NCBI GenBank assembly: GCA_035464095.1
Contig: DATHSO010000191.1
Span: 1,009-65,008, forward strand
Direction of reading: 5' to 3'
Length of the DNA: 64,000 bases
DNA from: Candidatus Methylomirabilota bacterium
GTDB taxonomy: Bacteria > Acidobacteriota > Thermoanaerobaculia > Thermoanaerobaculales > Sulfomarinibacteraceae
The notes below the pieces were generated by a model that saw only the letters and a program-made list of their open reading frames with translations, had not been told where the DNA came from and made no database searches. The translations under genes were made by a program, and so were the position numbers. Position 1 is the first letter of the stretch. Each line of letters begins with the position of its first letter. Shown piece after piece: positions 7,655 through 16,729 of this stretch.

Positions 7655-10558
7655 GTGACACCACCGAAGCTCGGGACAACCTTCGCCACCGTCGTCACCC
7701 TCGCCTTCGCCGCCTCGGCGGGGGCGGTGGAGCTCACCGGCCGGGTCGCGGCCGGGGTCGTGGTCGACCACCCCCGGGTCGCGGCCGCGCGGCTCGCCCG
7801 GGGCCCGGCCGTCGAGCCGGAGGACCTGCTGTTCGTCGCCTGGACGGCGCCCCTTGACGGCACCGCCGACCTCGGCGCGGCGGATGCCGTCCGCGACGCC
7901 GGGGCGCGGCCCTGGCTGCGGGCGGTGCTGACGACCCCGGCGCCGGTGGCCGACAACCTCGCCGGCCTCGAGGCCGAGCTCGCCGGCCTCGCGAGCCTCG
8001 CCGGGGCGGCCGGGGGCGAGGCCGTGATCCAGGTGCTGTGGGCGCCGGCCGCCGGTGAGCCATCGGTCCGGGACCACGGCTACGTGCTCAAGCGGGCCGC
8101 GGTGGCGGTGACCGGCGCCCTGACCGGGGCCACCTTCGCCGCCGGGCCGCTGCCCCGCGACCCCGAGAGTTTGGCCGCCCTCTACGCCGAGGAGGTGGCC
8201 GCCTACCTCGACGTGGTGGTGCTGGCCCCCGGCGCCGGCCTCGAGGCGGCGCTGGCCGCCGTCGCCGAGCTCGACCCCGGCAAGCCCGCCGCCGTGGACG
8301 CCCTCCCCTGGCCCGAGACCACGAGCGGCGCCGTCGCCTCGGTCGCGGCCGCTGCCGCGGCCGGGTTCGAGGTGGTCCTCCTCGACGCGGTCGCCGTCGC
8401 CGAGCCCGACCTCGCCCCGCTGGCGGTGGCGGCGCGGCAGCTCGAGGGCAGCCTGGTCGCCGACCCGTCGGCGGCGCCAACCGGCGCCGGCCCCGCCTGG
8501 GCCTTCGTCCGAGAGGACCTGTCGCTGCGGGTGGTGGCGGAGCCGGCGCCCGGCGCCGACCGGATGCGGCTGGTGTTCCCGGACCCGACCCTGCGCGGGG
8601 CGGAGCTGGTCGACCTCGCCACCGGCGAGGTGCGGCCGGTCACCGGCGTCCGCCGGGGCGGCGAGTTCGTGGTGGTGGTCGATCCCGCCCCCGAGCTGGC
8701 CCTGCTGCGGCTCGAGCGGGCCACCGTCGAGGAGCTCGACGCCTTCGGCGAGGAGATCGACGTCGGCGGCGGCCGCCAGATGCCGGTGGAGGAGATTCTG
8801 CGCCGGCTGCAGGCCTTCGAGGACGCCCAGCAGCGCCGCCTCGACCACTTCAGCGCGCGGCGCACCATGAACCTCCGCTTCCAGGGCCGCCAGGGCTCCA
8901 TCGAGGTCACCTACGCCGGCGACGCCTTCTTCCGCGACGACACCTTCGACTGGGTGTGGTCGGAGTTCTACGTCGGCGGGGTCCGGTGGCGCTCGCGCAA
9001 GCTGCCCAAGGTGCCCCTCATCCAGCCCGAGAAGGTGGCCTCCCAGCCGATCCGGATCAAGCTCGAGAAGGACTACGCCTACCGGCTGCGCGGCACCGAG
9101 ACCGTGGACGGCCGGGACTGCTGGGTGGTGGACTTCAAGCCGGTGGGATCGGTCGACGGCCGCAGCCTCTACCAGGGCACGGTCTGGGTCGACCGCGAGG
9201 TCTACGCCCGGGTCCGCACCCGCGCCGTCCAGATCGGTCTCGAGGGCGACGTGCTGTCCAACGAGGAGACCTACTTCTGGCGGCCGGTGGACGTTGCCGG
9301 CGAGCCGGTGGCGTGGTCGGACGACGCCTTCGTCCTGCCGCTAAGGGTCTCCGGCCAGCAGGTGTTCTCGATCCTCAACGCCACCGTGCCGGTGGAGGTG
9401 GAGATCCGGCTGGAGAACGTCCGGATCAACGGCGACGACTTCGAGGCCCGGCGGTCCGCGGCCCTGGCCTCCGACGCCACCATGCTCACCGACACCGACG
9501 AGGGTCTGCGCTACCTCAACCAGACCAAGTCCGGCGAGCGGGTGGTGGAGACCGAGTTCGACTCGAGCCGGCTGTTCCTGCTCGGCGGGGTGCTGTGGGA
9601 CGAGTCGCTGGACTACCCGATCCCGGCGGTCGGGGTCAACTACCTCGACCTCGACTTCAAGGACAGCGGCGCCCAGCTCAACGTCTTCTTCGCCGGGGTG
9701 TTCCTGACCGCCAACATCGCCGACCCCGACTTCCTGGGCACCAGGTGGAACGCCGGCGCCAACGTCAGCGGCCGGGTCTTCCAGACAACCGACGAGCTCT
9801 ACCGCGACGGCGAGGTGGTCCCCGAGGAGGAGGTGCGGCGGCGCTCCGGCAGCTTCAACCTCTTCGCCGGCCGGCCGATAGGCAAGTTCTTCTCCCTCGA
9901 GCTCGGTTACGAGGCGTGGTACCAGGGCTTCGACAGCTCGGACGAGACCGCCGACGACTTCGTGCTGCCCGAGAGCACCATCACCCACGGCTTCGAGGCG
10001 AGCCTCGACTACAACCGCGCCGGCTACCGGATCTCCGTCGGCGGCGAGCTCGACCACCGCGCGACCTGGGCGCCCTGGGGGCTGCCCGGCAACGACGAGT
10101 ACGACCCCGCGCAGCAGGACTACCGGCGCTGGAAGCTGACCGCCGCCAAGACCTGGTGGCTGCCCGAGTTCCGCAAGATCAACCTGGCGCTCGAGTACCT
10201 GGACAGCTCCGACACCGACCGCTTCTCGGGCTTCGACTTCGGCCTCTTCGGCGACTCCACGGTGGGCGGCTACCAGAGCGGCCTGGTGCGGGCCGAGCAG
10301 GCCTGGGGCGGCCACCTCACGGTCGGGGTCAACTACCTGGAGCTGATCCGGCTCACCGCCAGCGCCGACGCCATGTGGGCCAGCAACGAGACCACCGGCC
10401 TCGACAACGAACTCCTGGCCGGCGTCGGCATCGGCGGCACCCTGGCCCTGCCCTGGCAGGTGCTGGTCAACTTCGACGTCGGCTACGCGGTCGCGGGCCC
10501 GGGCAAGGGCAACGTCGCGCTGCGGGTCTTCTTCCTCAAGCTCTTCCCCGGCAGCTAG
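7655..10558 (+). CDS. Large outer-membrane protein (LolA-like middle region plus C-terminal beta-barrel); function unknown
   Basis: 967 aa with a GTG start and a signal-like N-terminus TTFATVVTLAFAASAGAVE. The central RDCWVVDFKPVGSVDGRSLYQGTVWVDREVYARV resembles lipoprotein-sorting (LolA-like) fold proteins. The C-terminal ~450 aa has an alternating beta-strand pattern ending ALRVFFLKLFPGS. The call is by resemblance only. Confidence 0.5.
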   Translation: MTPPKLGTTFATVVTLAFAASAGAVELTGRVAAGVVVDHPRVAAARLARGPAVEPEDLLFVAWTAPLDGTADLGAADAVRDAGARPWLRAVLTTPAPVADNLAGLEAELAGLASLAGAAGGEAVIQVLWAPAAGEPSVRDHGYVLKRAAVAVTGALTGATFAAGPLPRDPESLAALYAEEVAAYLDVVVLAPGAGLEAALAAVAELDPGKPAAVDALPWPETTSGAVASVAAAAAAGFEVVLLDAVAVAEPDLAPLAVAARQLEGSLVADPSAAPTGAGPAWAFVREDLSLRVVAEPAPGADRMRLVFPDPTLRGAELVDLATGEVRPVTGVRRGGEFVVVVDPAPELALLRLERATVEELDAFGEEIDVGGGRQMPVEEILRRLQAFEDAQQRRLDHFSARRTMNLRFQGRQGSIEVTYAGDAFFRDDTFDWVWSEFYVGGVRWRSRKLPKVPLIQPEKVASQPIRIKLEKDYAYRLRGTETVDGRDCWVVDFKPVGSVDGRSLYQGTVWVDREVYARVRTRAVQIGLEGDVLSNEETYFWRPVDVAGEPVAWSDDAFVLPLRVSGQQVFSILNATVPVEVEIRLENVRINGDDFEARRSAALASDATMLTDTDEGLRYLNQTKSGERVVETEFDSSRLFLLGGVLWDESLDYPIPAVGVNYLDLDFKDSGAQLNVFFAGVFLTANIADPDFLGTRWNAGANVSGRVFQTTDELYRDGEVVPEEEVRRRSGSFNLFAGRPIGKFFSLELGYEAWYQGFDSSDETADDFVLPESTITHGFEASLDYNRAGYRISVGGELDHRATWAPWGLPGNDEYDPAQQDYRRWKLTAAKTWWLPEFRKINLALEYLDSSDTDRFSGFDFGLFGDSTVGGYQSGLVRAEQAWGGHLTVGVNYLELIRLTASADAMWASNETTGLDNELLAGVGIGGTLALPWQVLVNFDVGYAVAGPGKGNVALRVFFLKLFPGS

Positions 10559-11400
10559 CGGAGCCGCCTGGGCCGGGGGAAGAAGGCCGGGGTCGAGCGG
10601 ATGTAGTCGGCGTAGCCGGGCTTGCGCTCGACGAGGGCGGCGTCGAGCATGGCGACCCCGGAGACCCGCAGCAGGGCGAAGGTGAGCACCGCCGGCCCGG
10701 CCAGGGCCAGCAGACCGCCGGATGGCAGGGCAAGGAGGCCGATGCCCCACCACAGAACCGCTTCGCCGAAGTAGTTGGGGTGGCGGGACAGGCCCCAGAG
10801 GCCGGATCTCAGCACCTCGCCCCGGTTGGCGGGGTCGGCCTTGAAGCGGGTGAGCTGGCGGTCGGCGACGGCCTCCCAGAGGAAGCCGGCGGCGAACAGG
10901 GCGAGCCCGGCCAGGTCGGCGGCGCGCAGGCCGAGCCGGGGCCCCGGGACCTGGGCCAGGACCACCGGCGACGACACCACCCACAGGGTCAGGGCCTGGA
11001 GCAGGAAGATCCTGAGGTAGGACACCCACCAGAACGAGCCGCCCGCCTCCTCGCGCCACTTGCGGTATCGGAAGTCCTCCCCGGCGCCGGCGTTGCGGGT
11101 GCCGATGTGGAGGGCCAGTCGCGCCGCCCAGAGGGCGACCAGGGCCAGGACCAGCAGGCCCCGCGAGGTCGGCGCCCCCGGCACCACCGCCAGGCCGACG
11201 GCCCCCACGAGAACGAAGCCCGGGCCCCAGGCGACGTCGACGATGTCGGCCCGGCCGAGGGCGAGGCTGAGCAGCCACAGGCCGGTGAAGGCGGCCACCG
11301 CGGCGGCCAAGCCGGGCAGGATCGGGTGCGGCCCCGCGACCAGAAGCGGACCGATCACCACCAGGGCGGCGACGAAGACGAGGGCGTTGCGGTCGGGCAT
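10555..11400 (-). CDS. DUF1295 / steroid-5-alpha-reductase-like polytopic membrane protein
   Basis: I place the start at ATG 11400, with GGAGGAG 6 nt upstream. The protein is polytopic and hydrophobic. GLWGLSRHPNYFGEAVLWWGIGLLAL is the DUF1295 hallmark. Confidence 0.75.
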   Translation of the reverse strand: MPDRNALVFVAALVVIGPLLVAGPHPILPGLAAAVAAFTGLWLLSLALGRADIVDVAWGPGFVLVGAVGLAVVPGAPTSRGLLVLALVALWAARLALHIGTRNAGAGEDFRYRKWREEAGGSFWWVSYLRIFLLQALTLWVVSSPVVLAQVPGPRLGLRAADLAGLALFAAGFLWEAVADRQLTRFKADPANRGEVLRSGLWGLSRHPNYFGEAVLWWGIGLLALPSGGLLALAGPAVLTFALLRVSGVAMLDAALVERKPGYADYIRSTPAFFPRPRRLR

Positions 11401-11600
11401 GGGATCTCCTCCGGGCGCCGGAGCACACTTCGGAGCAAGCGGTCGAGGGCCCGCTCTATTTCCGACGCGCCGCGCCGGTGGCCGCTCGACGACGTGGAAT
11501 TTCGGCACTTGTGCCGCCGGTTGCCTGAGGCGGGGACAGTCTCCCGACCACACACAAACTGAGCGCCCGCGCAGGGAGGCTCGAAGGGGACCACGGAGCG

Positions 11601-12851
11601 ATGAGGATCGCGGTCATCGGAAGCGGCATCGCGGGGCTCGGCTCGGCCTGGTTGCTCAGCCGGCGCCACGAGGTGAGCCTGTTCGACGCCGACACCCGGC
11701 TCGGCGGCCACACCCACACCGTGGCCCACACGGCCGGCAGCCGCCGCCTCGCCCTCGACACCGGCTTCGTCGTCTACAACGAGCGCACCTACCCGTTGCT
11801 CACCCGCGCCTTTGCCGAGCTCGGGGTCGCGACCCAGGCGAGCGACATGTCGTTCTCGGTGAGCTCGGCCGACCCCGACCTGGAGTACGCCTCCCACGGC
11901 CTGCGCGGCCTGGTCGCGACGCCGTCCGCCCTGGCCTCGGCGGCCTACCTCAAGATGCTCGTCGACGTGGTGCGCTTCGGGCGTCGCGGCCGCCGCCTGC
12001 TGGCCGGCCCGGGCGACCCCGACGCCACCATCGGCCAGCTCCTCGAGGAGGGACGCTTCGGCGAGACCTTCGCCCGCCTCTACCTGCTTCCCATGGTGTC
12101 CGCGATCTGGTCGTCGGGCACCGGGACCGCCGCCGACTACCCGCGCGACGCCCTGCTGCACTTCCTCGACAACCACGGCCTGCTCCAGGTCACCGGGCAG
12201 CCCGAGTGGCGGACGGTGGCGGGCGGCAGCTCGAGCTACGTCGCACCCATGATCCGGCCCCTGGGCGAGCGCATCTACCTAGGCCGGGCGGTGTCCGCCG
12301 TGCACCGGTCGGCCGACGGGGTGCGGCTGGTCCTGGACGACGGCTCGACCCACGACGCCGAGGGGGTGGTGATCGCGGCCCACGCCGACCAGGCCCTGGC
12401 CATGCTCACCGAGCCCACCGCCGCCGAGCGGGAGCTGCTCGGAGCCTGGCGCTACTCGGTCAACGACACCTGGCTGCACGCCGACGCCTCGCTCATGCCC
12501 CGCCGCCGCGCCGCCTGGGCGTCGTGGAACTACCTGATCGGCGACGGCAGCGGCGCCGCGGCCTCCCTGACCTACCACCTCAACCGCCTCCAGCGGCTCG
12601 ACGAGGACCGCGACTACCTGGTGTCCCTCAACCCCGCCCGCGAGCCGGCCCCCGACACGGTGATCCGGCGCCTCACCTACACGCACCCCGTCTACACGGC
12701 CGACAGCGTCCGGTCCCAGAGCGACCTGCCGGGCCTCAACGGCACGAACCGCACCTGGTTCTGCGGCGCCTACTTCGGCAACGGCTTCCACGAGGACGGC
12801 CTGCGCTCGGCGGTGGCGGTGGCCGCCGACCTCGGGGTCTCCTGGCCGTGA
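11601..12851 (+). CDS. FAD/NAD-binding amine-oxidase-like oxidoreductase (lipid-modification cluster)
   Basis: 416 aa with MRIAVIGSGIAGLGSAWLLSRRHEVSLFDADTRLGGHTHT (GxGxxG..D..GGH). It is the first gene of an overlapping plus-strand operon. Confidence 0.8.
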   Translation: MRIAVIGSGIAGLGSAWLLSRRHEVSLFDADTRLGGHTHTVAHTAGSRRLALDTGFVVYNERTYPLLTRAFAELGVATQASDMSFSVSSADPDLEYASHGLRGLVATPSALASAAYLKMLVDVVRFGRRGRRLLAGPGDPDATIGQLLEEGRFGETFARLYLLPMVSAIWSSGTGTAADYPRDALLHFLDNHGLLQVTGQPEWRTVAGGSSSYVAPMIRPLGERIYLGRAVSAVHRSADGVRLVLDDGSTHDAEGVVIAAHADQALAMLTEPTAAERELLGAWRYSVNDTWLHADASLMPRRRAAWASWNYLIGDGSGAAASLTYHLNRLQRLDEDRDYLVSLNPAREPAPDTVIRRLTYTHPVYTADSVRSQSDLPGLNGTNRTWFCGAYFGNGFHEDGLRSAVAVAADLGVSWP

Positions 12852-13609
12852 CCGCCTCGGCCCTCTACGTCGGGCGGGTGCGGCACCGCCGCTACGGCCG
12901 CCCCGAGCACGGCTTCGAGGTCCGCGTGTGGCACGCCCTCGTCGACCTCGACGAGCTGCCCGAGCTCGACCGGCGCCTGCGCCTGTTCTCCCACAACCGC
13001 TTCAACCTCACCGGCTTCGACGACCGCGACCACCTGGGTGCCTCCCGGGCGCCGGTGCGGACCAAGCTCGAGTCCTGGCTCGGCCACCAGGGTGTCGACA
13101 CCGACCTCGGCTCGGTCGCCCTGCTCACCCACCTGCGCGTCCTCGGCGGGGTCTTCAACCCGGTGTCGTTCTTCTTCTGCCGCGACCGGGAGGGCCGGCT
13201 CCGGCACGTGGTGGCCGAGGTCAACAACACCTTCGGCGAAACCTTCTGCTACCTGCTCGAGGTCGACGGTTCGGTGGTGCGGCACGAGGCGGACAAGGTC
13301 TTCCACGTGTCGCCCTTCCAGCCTGTGACCGGGCGCTACCGTTTCCGGGTCTCCCCGCCGGGGGAGCGCCTGACGGTCCACATCGACCTGCTGCGCGACG
13401 GCGAGCGGGTCTTCGACTCGACCCTCGGCGCCGAGCGCCGCGAGCTGAGCTCCCGGTCCCTGGCGGCGACCGTGCTGCGGCACCCCCACACCGGGTTGAG
13501 GACCCTGGCGCTCATCCACTACCAGGCGCTGCGGCTATGGTTCAAGAAGGCGCCGTTTCACCCGAAGCCGGAGCTCCCGGCAGGGGCATGGAGAACCCGT
13601 CATGGCTGA
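12848..13609 (+). CDS. DUF1365-family protein
   Basis: This is the 3' part of track ORF 11060..13609. The GTG at 12848 overlaps the upstream TGA (GTGA). ALYVGRVRHRRYGRPEHGFEVRVWHALVDLDELPELD is the DUF1365 N-terminal pattern. Confidence 0.8.
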   Translation: MTASALYVGRVRHRRYGRPEHGFEVRVWHALVDLDELPELDRRLRLFSHNRFNLTGFDDRDHLGASRAPVRTKLESWLGHQGVDTDLGSVALLTHLRVLGGVFNPVSFFFCRDREGRLRHVVAEVNNTFGETFCYLLEVDGSVVRHEADKVFHVSPFQPVTGRYRFRVSPPGERLTVHIDLLRDGERVFDSTLGAERRELSSRSLAATVLRHPHTGLRTLALIHYQALRLWFKKAPFHPKPELPAGAWRTRHG

Positions 13610-14918
13610 GACCCGACCCCGAGAAGGCGCTGCGCAGGAGGCGCTCCGGCCTGTCCGTGCCACTCTCGACCGCGCCGTCGAGACCCCCGCCCGCCTGACC
13701 GGCCGAGGAGCCCGGCCCCTGGCGGCCCGAGTCCTGCTCGCCCGCCTCGAGCGCATCCGGCGGGGCCACCTGCGCGTCGTCCTGCCCGATGGCGAGACCG
13801 TGACCTTTGCCGGTCGCGACGGCGGCGCGGCCCCCGTGCTCGAGCTCGAGGTCCACCGCTGGCGCTTCTTCTCCCGGGTGCTCAGGGGCGGCGACGTGGG
13901 GGCCGGCGAGGCCTTCGTCGACGGCGACTGGGACTCGCCCGACCTGGTCGGCCTGACCAGGCTCTTCCTGGACAACGAGGCCGAGCTGGCGCCGCCGGGC
14001 CTTCTCGGTGCCGCCGGCCGGGCCCGCGATCGCGTTCGCCACGTGCTGCGCAGCAACACCCGCTTCCAGGCGAGGCGCAACATCCACGACCACTACGACC
14101 TCTCCAACGAGCTCTACGCCCTGTTCCTCGACGGCACCATGACCTACTCGTCGGCGCTCTTCGACCGCCCCGGTCTCGACCTCGAGGCGGCCCAGCTGCG
14201 CAAGTACCAGAGGCTCGCCGAGTGGGCCGCGATCCGCCCGGGGGACCACGTGCTCGAGATCGGCTGCGGCTGGGGAGGCTTCGCGGCCTTCGCCGCCTCG
14301 GAGCTCGGCTGCCGGGTCACCGGGATCACCCTGTCCGAGGAGCAGGCCGCCCTCGCCCGCCGTCGGGTCGCCGACCGGGGCCTGGCCGACCGGGTCCGGA
14401 TCCGGGTCGTGGACTACCGCGAGCTGGCGGGCAGCTTCGACGCGGTGGTCTCCATCGAGATGCTCGAGGCGGTGGGCCACCGTTTCCTCGACGGCTTCTT
14501 CGCGGCCTGCGACCGGGTGCTGAAGCCCGGTGGACGGATGGCGCTGCAGACCATCACCATCCCGGACCAGGTCTACCACCGCTACCGGCGGGGCACCGAC
14601 TGGATTCGCAAGCACATCTTCCCCGGCGGCCACCTGCCGTCCCTGGGCGCCATCCAGGGGGCGCTGGCGAGACGGACCGGCCTGGTGGTCGACCGCCTCG
14701 ACAACATCGCCGCCGACTACGCGGCCACTCTCGCCGAGTGGCAGCGGCGCTTCAATGCCGCGAGCCGGGAGGTCCTGGCCCTCGGCTTCGACGAGCGCTT
14801 CATCCGCACCTGGAGCTTCTACCTCGCCACCTGCGAGGCGGCCTTCCGCCACCGCCAGATCGGCGTCCTCCAGCTGGCGCTGGGCCGGGCCGCCGCCGCC
14901 GCGGAGCCGGGGCGGTGA
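13602..14918 (+). CDS. cfa: Cyclopropane-fatty-acyl-phospholipid synthase family methyltransferase
   Basis: 438 aa with HYDLSNELYALFLDGTMTYSSALF and the SAM motif VLEIGCGWGGFA. The start overlaps the DUF1365 gene by 8 nt. Confidence 0.85.
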   Translation: MAETRPREGAAQEALRPVRATLDRAVETPARLTGRGARPLAARVLLARLERIRRGHLRVVLPDGETVTFAGRDGGAAPVLELEVHRWRFFSRVLRGGDVGAGEAFVDGDWDSPDLVGLTRLFLDNEAELAPPGLLGAAGRARDRVRHVLRSNTRFQARRNIHDHYDLSNELYALFLDGTMTYSSALFDRPGLDLEAAQLRKYQRLAEWAAIRPGDHVLEIGCGWGGFAAFAASELGCRVTGITLSEEQAALARRRVADRGLADRVRIRVVDYRELAGSFDAVVSIEMLEAVGHRFLDGFFAACDRVLKPGGRMALQTITIPDQVYHRYRRGTDWIRKHIFPGGHLPSLGAIQGALARRTGLVVDRLDNIAADYAATLAEWQRRFNAASREVLALGFDERFIRTWSFYLATCEAAFRHRQIGVLQLALGRAAAAAEPGR

Positions 14919-15952
14919 GCTGGGCCGTCGAGCTCGCCGAGCGGCGGGTGCTCCCCGACCCGGTGGTGCGGGCGGGGATGCGCCGCATCCTCGGCCGCCG
15001 GCTCCACCAGGAGTGGCGGCGCGACGTGGAGCTGGGCGGCCGGGCCCTCCACCGCTTCGTCGAGGAAATGCGCTCGTCACCGGTGGCTGTGGCCACCGAC
15101 GATGCCAACCGGCAGCACTACGAGCTGCCCGCCGAGTTCTTCGAGGCCGTCCTGGGGCCCTACCTGAAGTACTCCAGCGGCCTGTGGACCGACGACGTCC
15201 ACGAGCTGGCGAGGGCCGAGGAGCGGATGCTCGAGCTGACCTGCGAGCGGGCCGGGATCGCCGACGGCATGGAGGTCCTCGACCTGGGCTGCGGCTGGGG
15301 CTCCCTGAGCCTGTGGATCGCCCGCCACTACCCGGGCTGCCGGGTGCTGGCGGTCTCCAACTCGCGGACGCAGGCGGAGTTCATCCGTGCCCGCTGCCGC
15401 GCCGAGGGCCACCAGCGGGTCGAGGTCGTCACTGCCGACATGAACGACTTCGCCACCTCGCGCCGCTTCGACCGGGTGGTGTCGGTGGAGATGTTCGAGC
15501 ACATGCGGAGCTGGCCGCGCCTGTTCGAGCGGGTGGCGGGCTGGCTCGAGCCCGGCGGCGCCTTCCTCCAGCACGTCTTCTGCCACGGCCGCTTCGCCTA
15601 CCACTACGAGGACGAGGGCGAGGCCGACTGGATGGCCCGGTACTTCTTCACCGGCGGCATCATGCCGTCGGCGGACCTGCCGCGGCGCTTTCCCGAGCAC
15701 CTCGAGGTGGTCGAGCAGTGGCGGGTCAACGGCCTCCACTACAGCCGGACCCTCGATGCCTGGCTGGCCAACATGGACCGCGAACGGGAGCGGCTGATGC
15801 CGGTCTTCAACGCCACCTACGGCATCGACGCCGGGCGCTGGTTCGCCCGCTGGCGAATGTTCTTCATGGCCTGCTCCGAGCTGTTCCGGTATCGCGGCGG
15901 CACGGAGTGGTTCGTGATCCACACCCTGATGCGTCCGCGGGACGCCCGGTGA
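14915..15952 (+). CDS. Second CFA-synthase-like SAM-dependent methyltransferase
   Basis: This is the 3' part of track ORF 14222..15952. The GTG at 14915 overlaps the upstream TGA. It has HYELPAEFFEAVLGPYLKYSSGLW and the SAM motif VLDLGCGWGSLS. Confidence 0.8.
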   Translation: MSWAVELAERRVLPDPVVRAGMRRILGRRLHQEWRRDVELGGRALHRFVEEMRSSPVAVATDDANRQHYELPAEFFEAVLGPYLKYSSGLWTDDVHELARAEERMLELTCERAGIADGMEVLDLGCGWGSLSLWIARHYPGCRVLAVSNSRTQAEFIRARCRAEGHQRVEVVTADMNDFATSRRFDRVVSVEMFEHMRSWPRLFERVAGWLEPGGAFLQHVFCHGRFAYHYEDEGEADWMARYFFTGGIMPSADLPRRFPEHLEVVEQWRVNGLHYSRTLDAWLANMDRERERLMPVFNATYGIDAGRWFARWRMFFMACSELFRYRGGTEWFVIHTLMRPRDAR

Positions 15953-15962
15953 GGGCGGGACG

Positions 15963-16550
15963 GTGGCGCGCTGCTACCCCGTGGTCGTCGGTCTCGCAGT
16001 GGCGGCCGCCCTGCTTGCAGGCGCCGACGGTGGAGGGCTCATGACGATCTTCGACTTCGCGCGGGGCGACGAGCCGTGGCCGAGCATCAACGACGGCGTC
16101 ATGGGCGGGGTCTCCGACGGCGAGATGGTGGTCGCGGGCGGCATCGCCACCTTCAGCGGCAAGGTCTCGTTCGACAACAACGGCGGCTTCGCCTCGGTGC
16201 GCTCCCGACCGCGGCTCCGGAACCTGTCGGGATACGAGGGCGTGGTGGTCCGGGTCCGCGGCGACGGCCACCGTTACGGCCTGCGGCTGCGCACCGACGC
16301 CGCCTTCGACGGGGTCAGCTACCAGGCGCCGATCGAGCCGCCGGCGGGGGAGTGGGCCGACATCGCCGTCCCCTTCGGCGACTTCGAGCCGGTCTACCGC
16401 GGCCGGGTGCTGTCCGACCACCCGCCCCTCGACCCCTCGCGCATCACCACCTTCGGCTTCATGATCAGCCGCCAGGAGGGTCCCTTCCGGCTCGACATAG
16501 CCGCCATCGCCGCCTACCCCGAGGCCGCGGCGCCGGCGGCGAGCTCGTAA
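15963..16550 (+). CDS. CIA30 (complex I intermediate-associated protein 30)-like domain protein
   Basis: 195 aa with a signal-like N-terminus. INDGVMGGVSDGEM..FSGKVSFDNNGGFASVRS is the CIA30 pattern. Confidence 0.7.
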   Translation: MARCYPVVVGLAVAAALLAGADGGGLMTIFDFARGDEPWPSINDGVMGGVSDGEMVVAGGIATFSGKVSFDNNGGFASVRSRPRLRNLSGYEGVVVRVRGDGHRYGLRLRTDAAFDGVSYQAPIEPPAGEWADIAVPFGDFEPVYRGRVLSDHPPLDPSRITTFGFMISRQEGPFRLDIAAIAAYPEAAAPAASS

Positions 16551-16729
16551 CCGCGGTCTTCTGCAACCCGATCGACAGCGAGGAGCGGACCGGGTCCTTC
16601 GGGAGGACGCGCTCGGTGACGCGGTGATCCCTTTTCTCGGCCGATGTCGTCTGGAGATACAGGGGGACCGAAGCTGTCCAGCGGCCGATCGGGGTCACGG
16701 GCGGGCGTCCCCGCGATGGGGAGACCTCC

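Noticed and set aside
8956-11562. 868-aa (+) and 695-aa (-, 9341..11428) ORFs
   Set aside because: They are shadows of the outer-membrane protein gene and the DUF1295 gene. They cross real gene boundaries and have non-protein-like composition.
11060-15952. Track ORFs 11060..13609 (849 aa) and 14222..15952 (576 aa) taken at full length
   Set aside because: Only their 3' parts are credible: DUF1365 from GTG 12848 and the second methyltransferase from GTG 14915. The 5' parts overlap better-supported genes in other frames and read as R/P/G-rich sequence.
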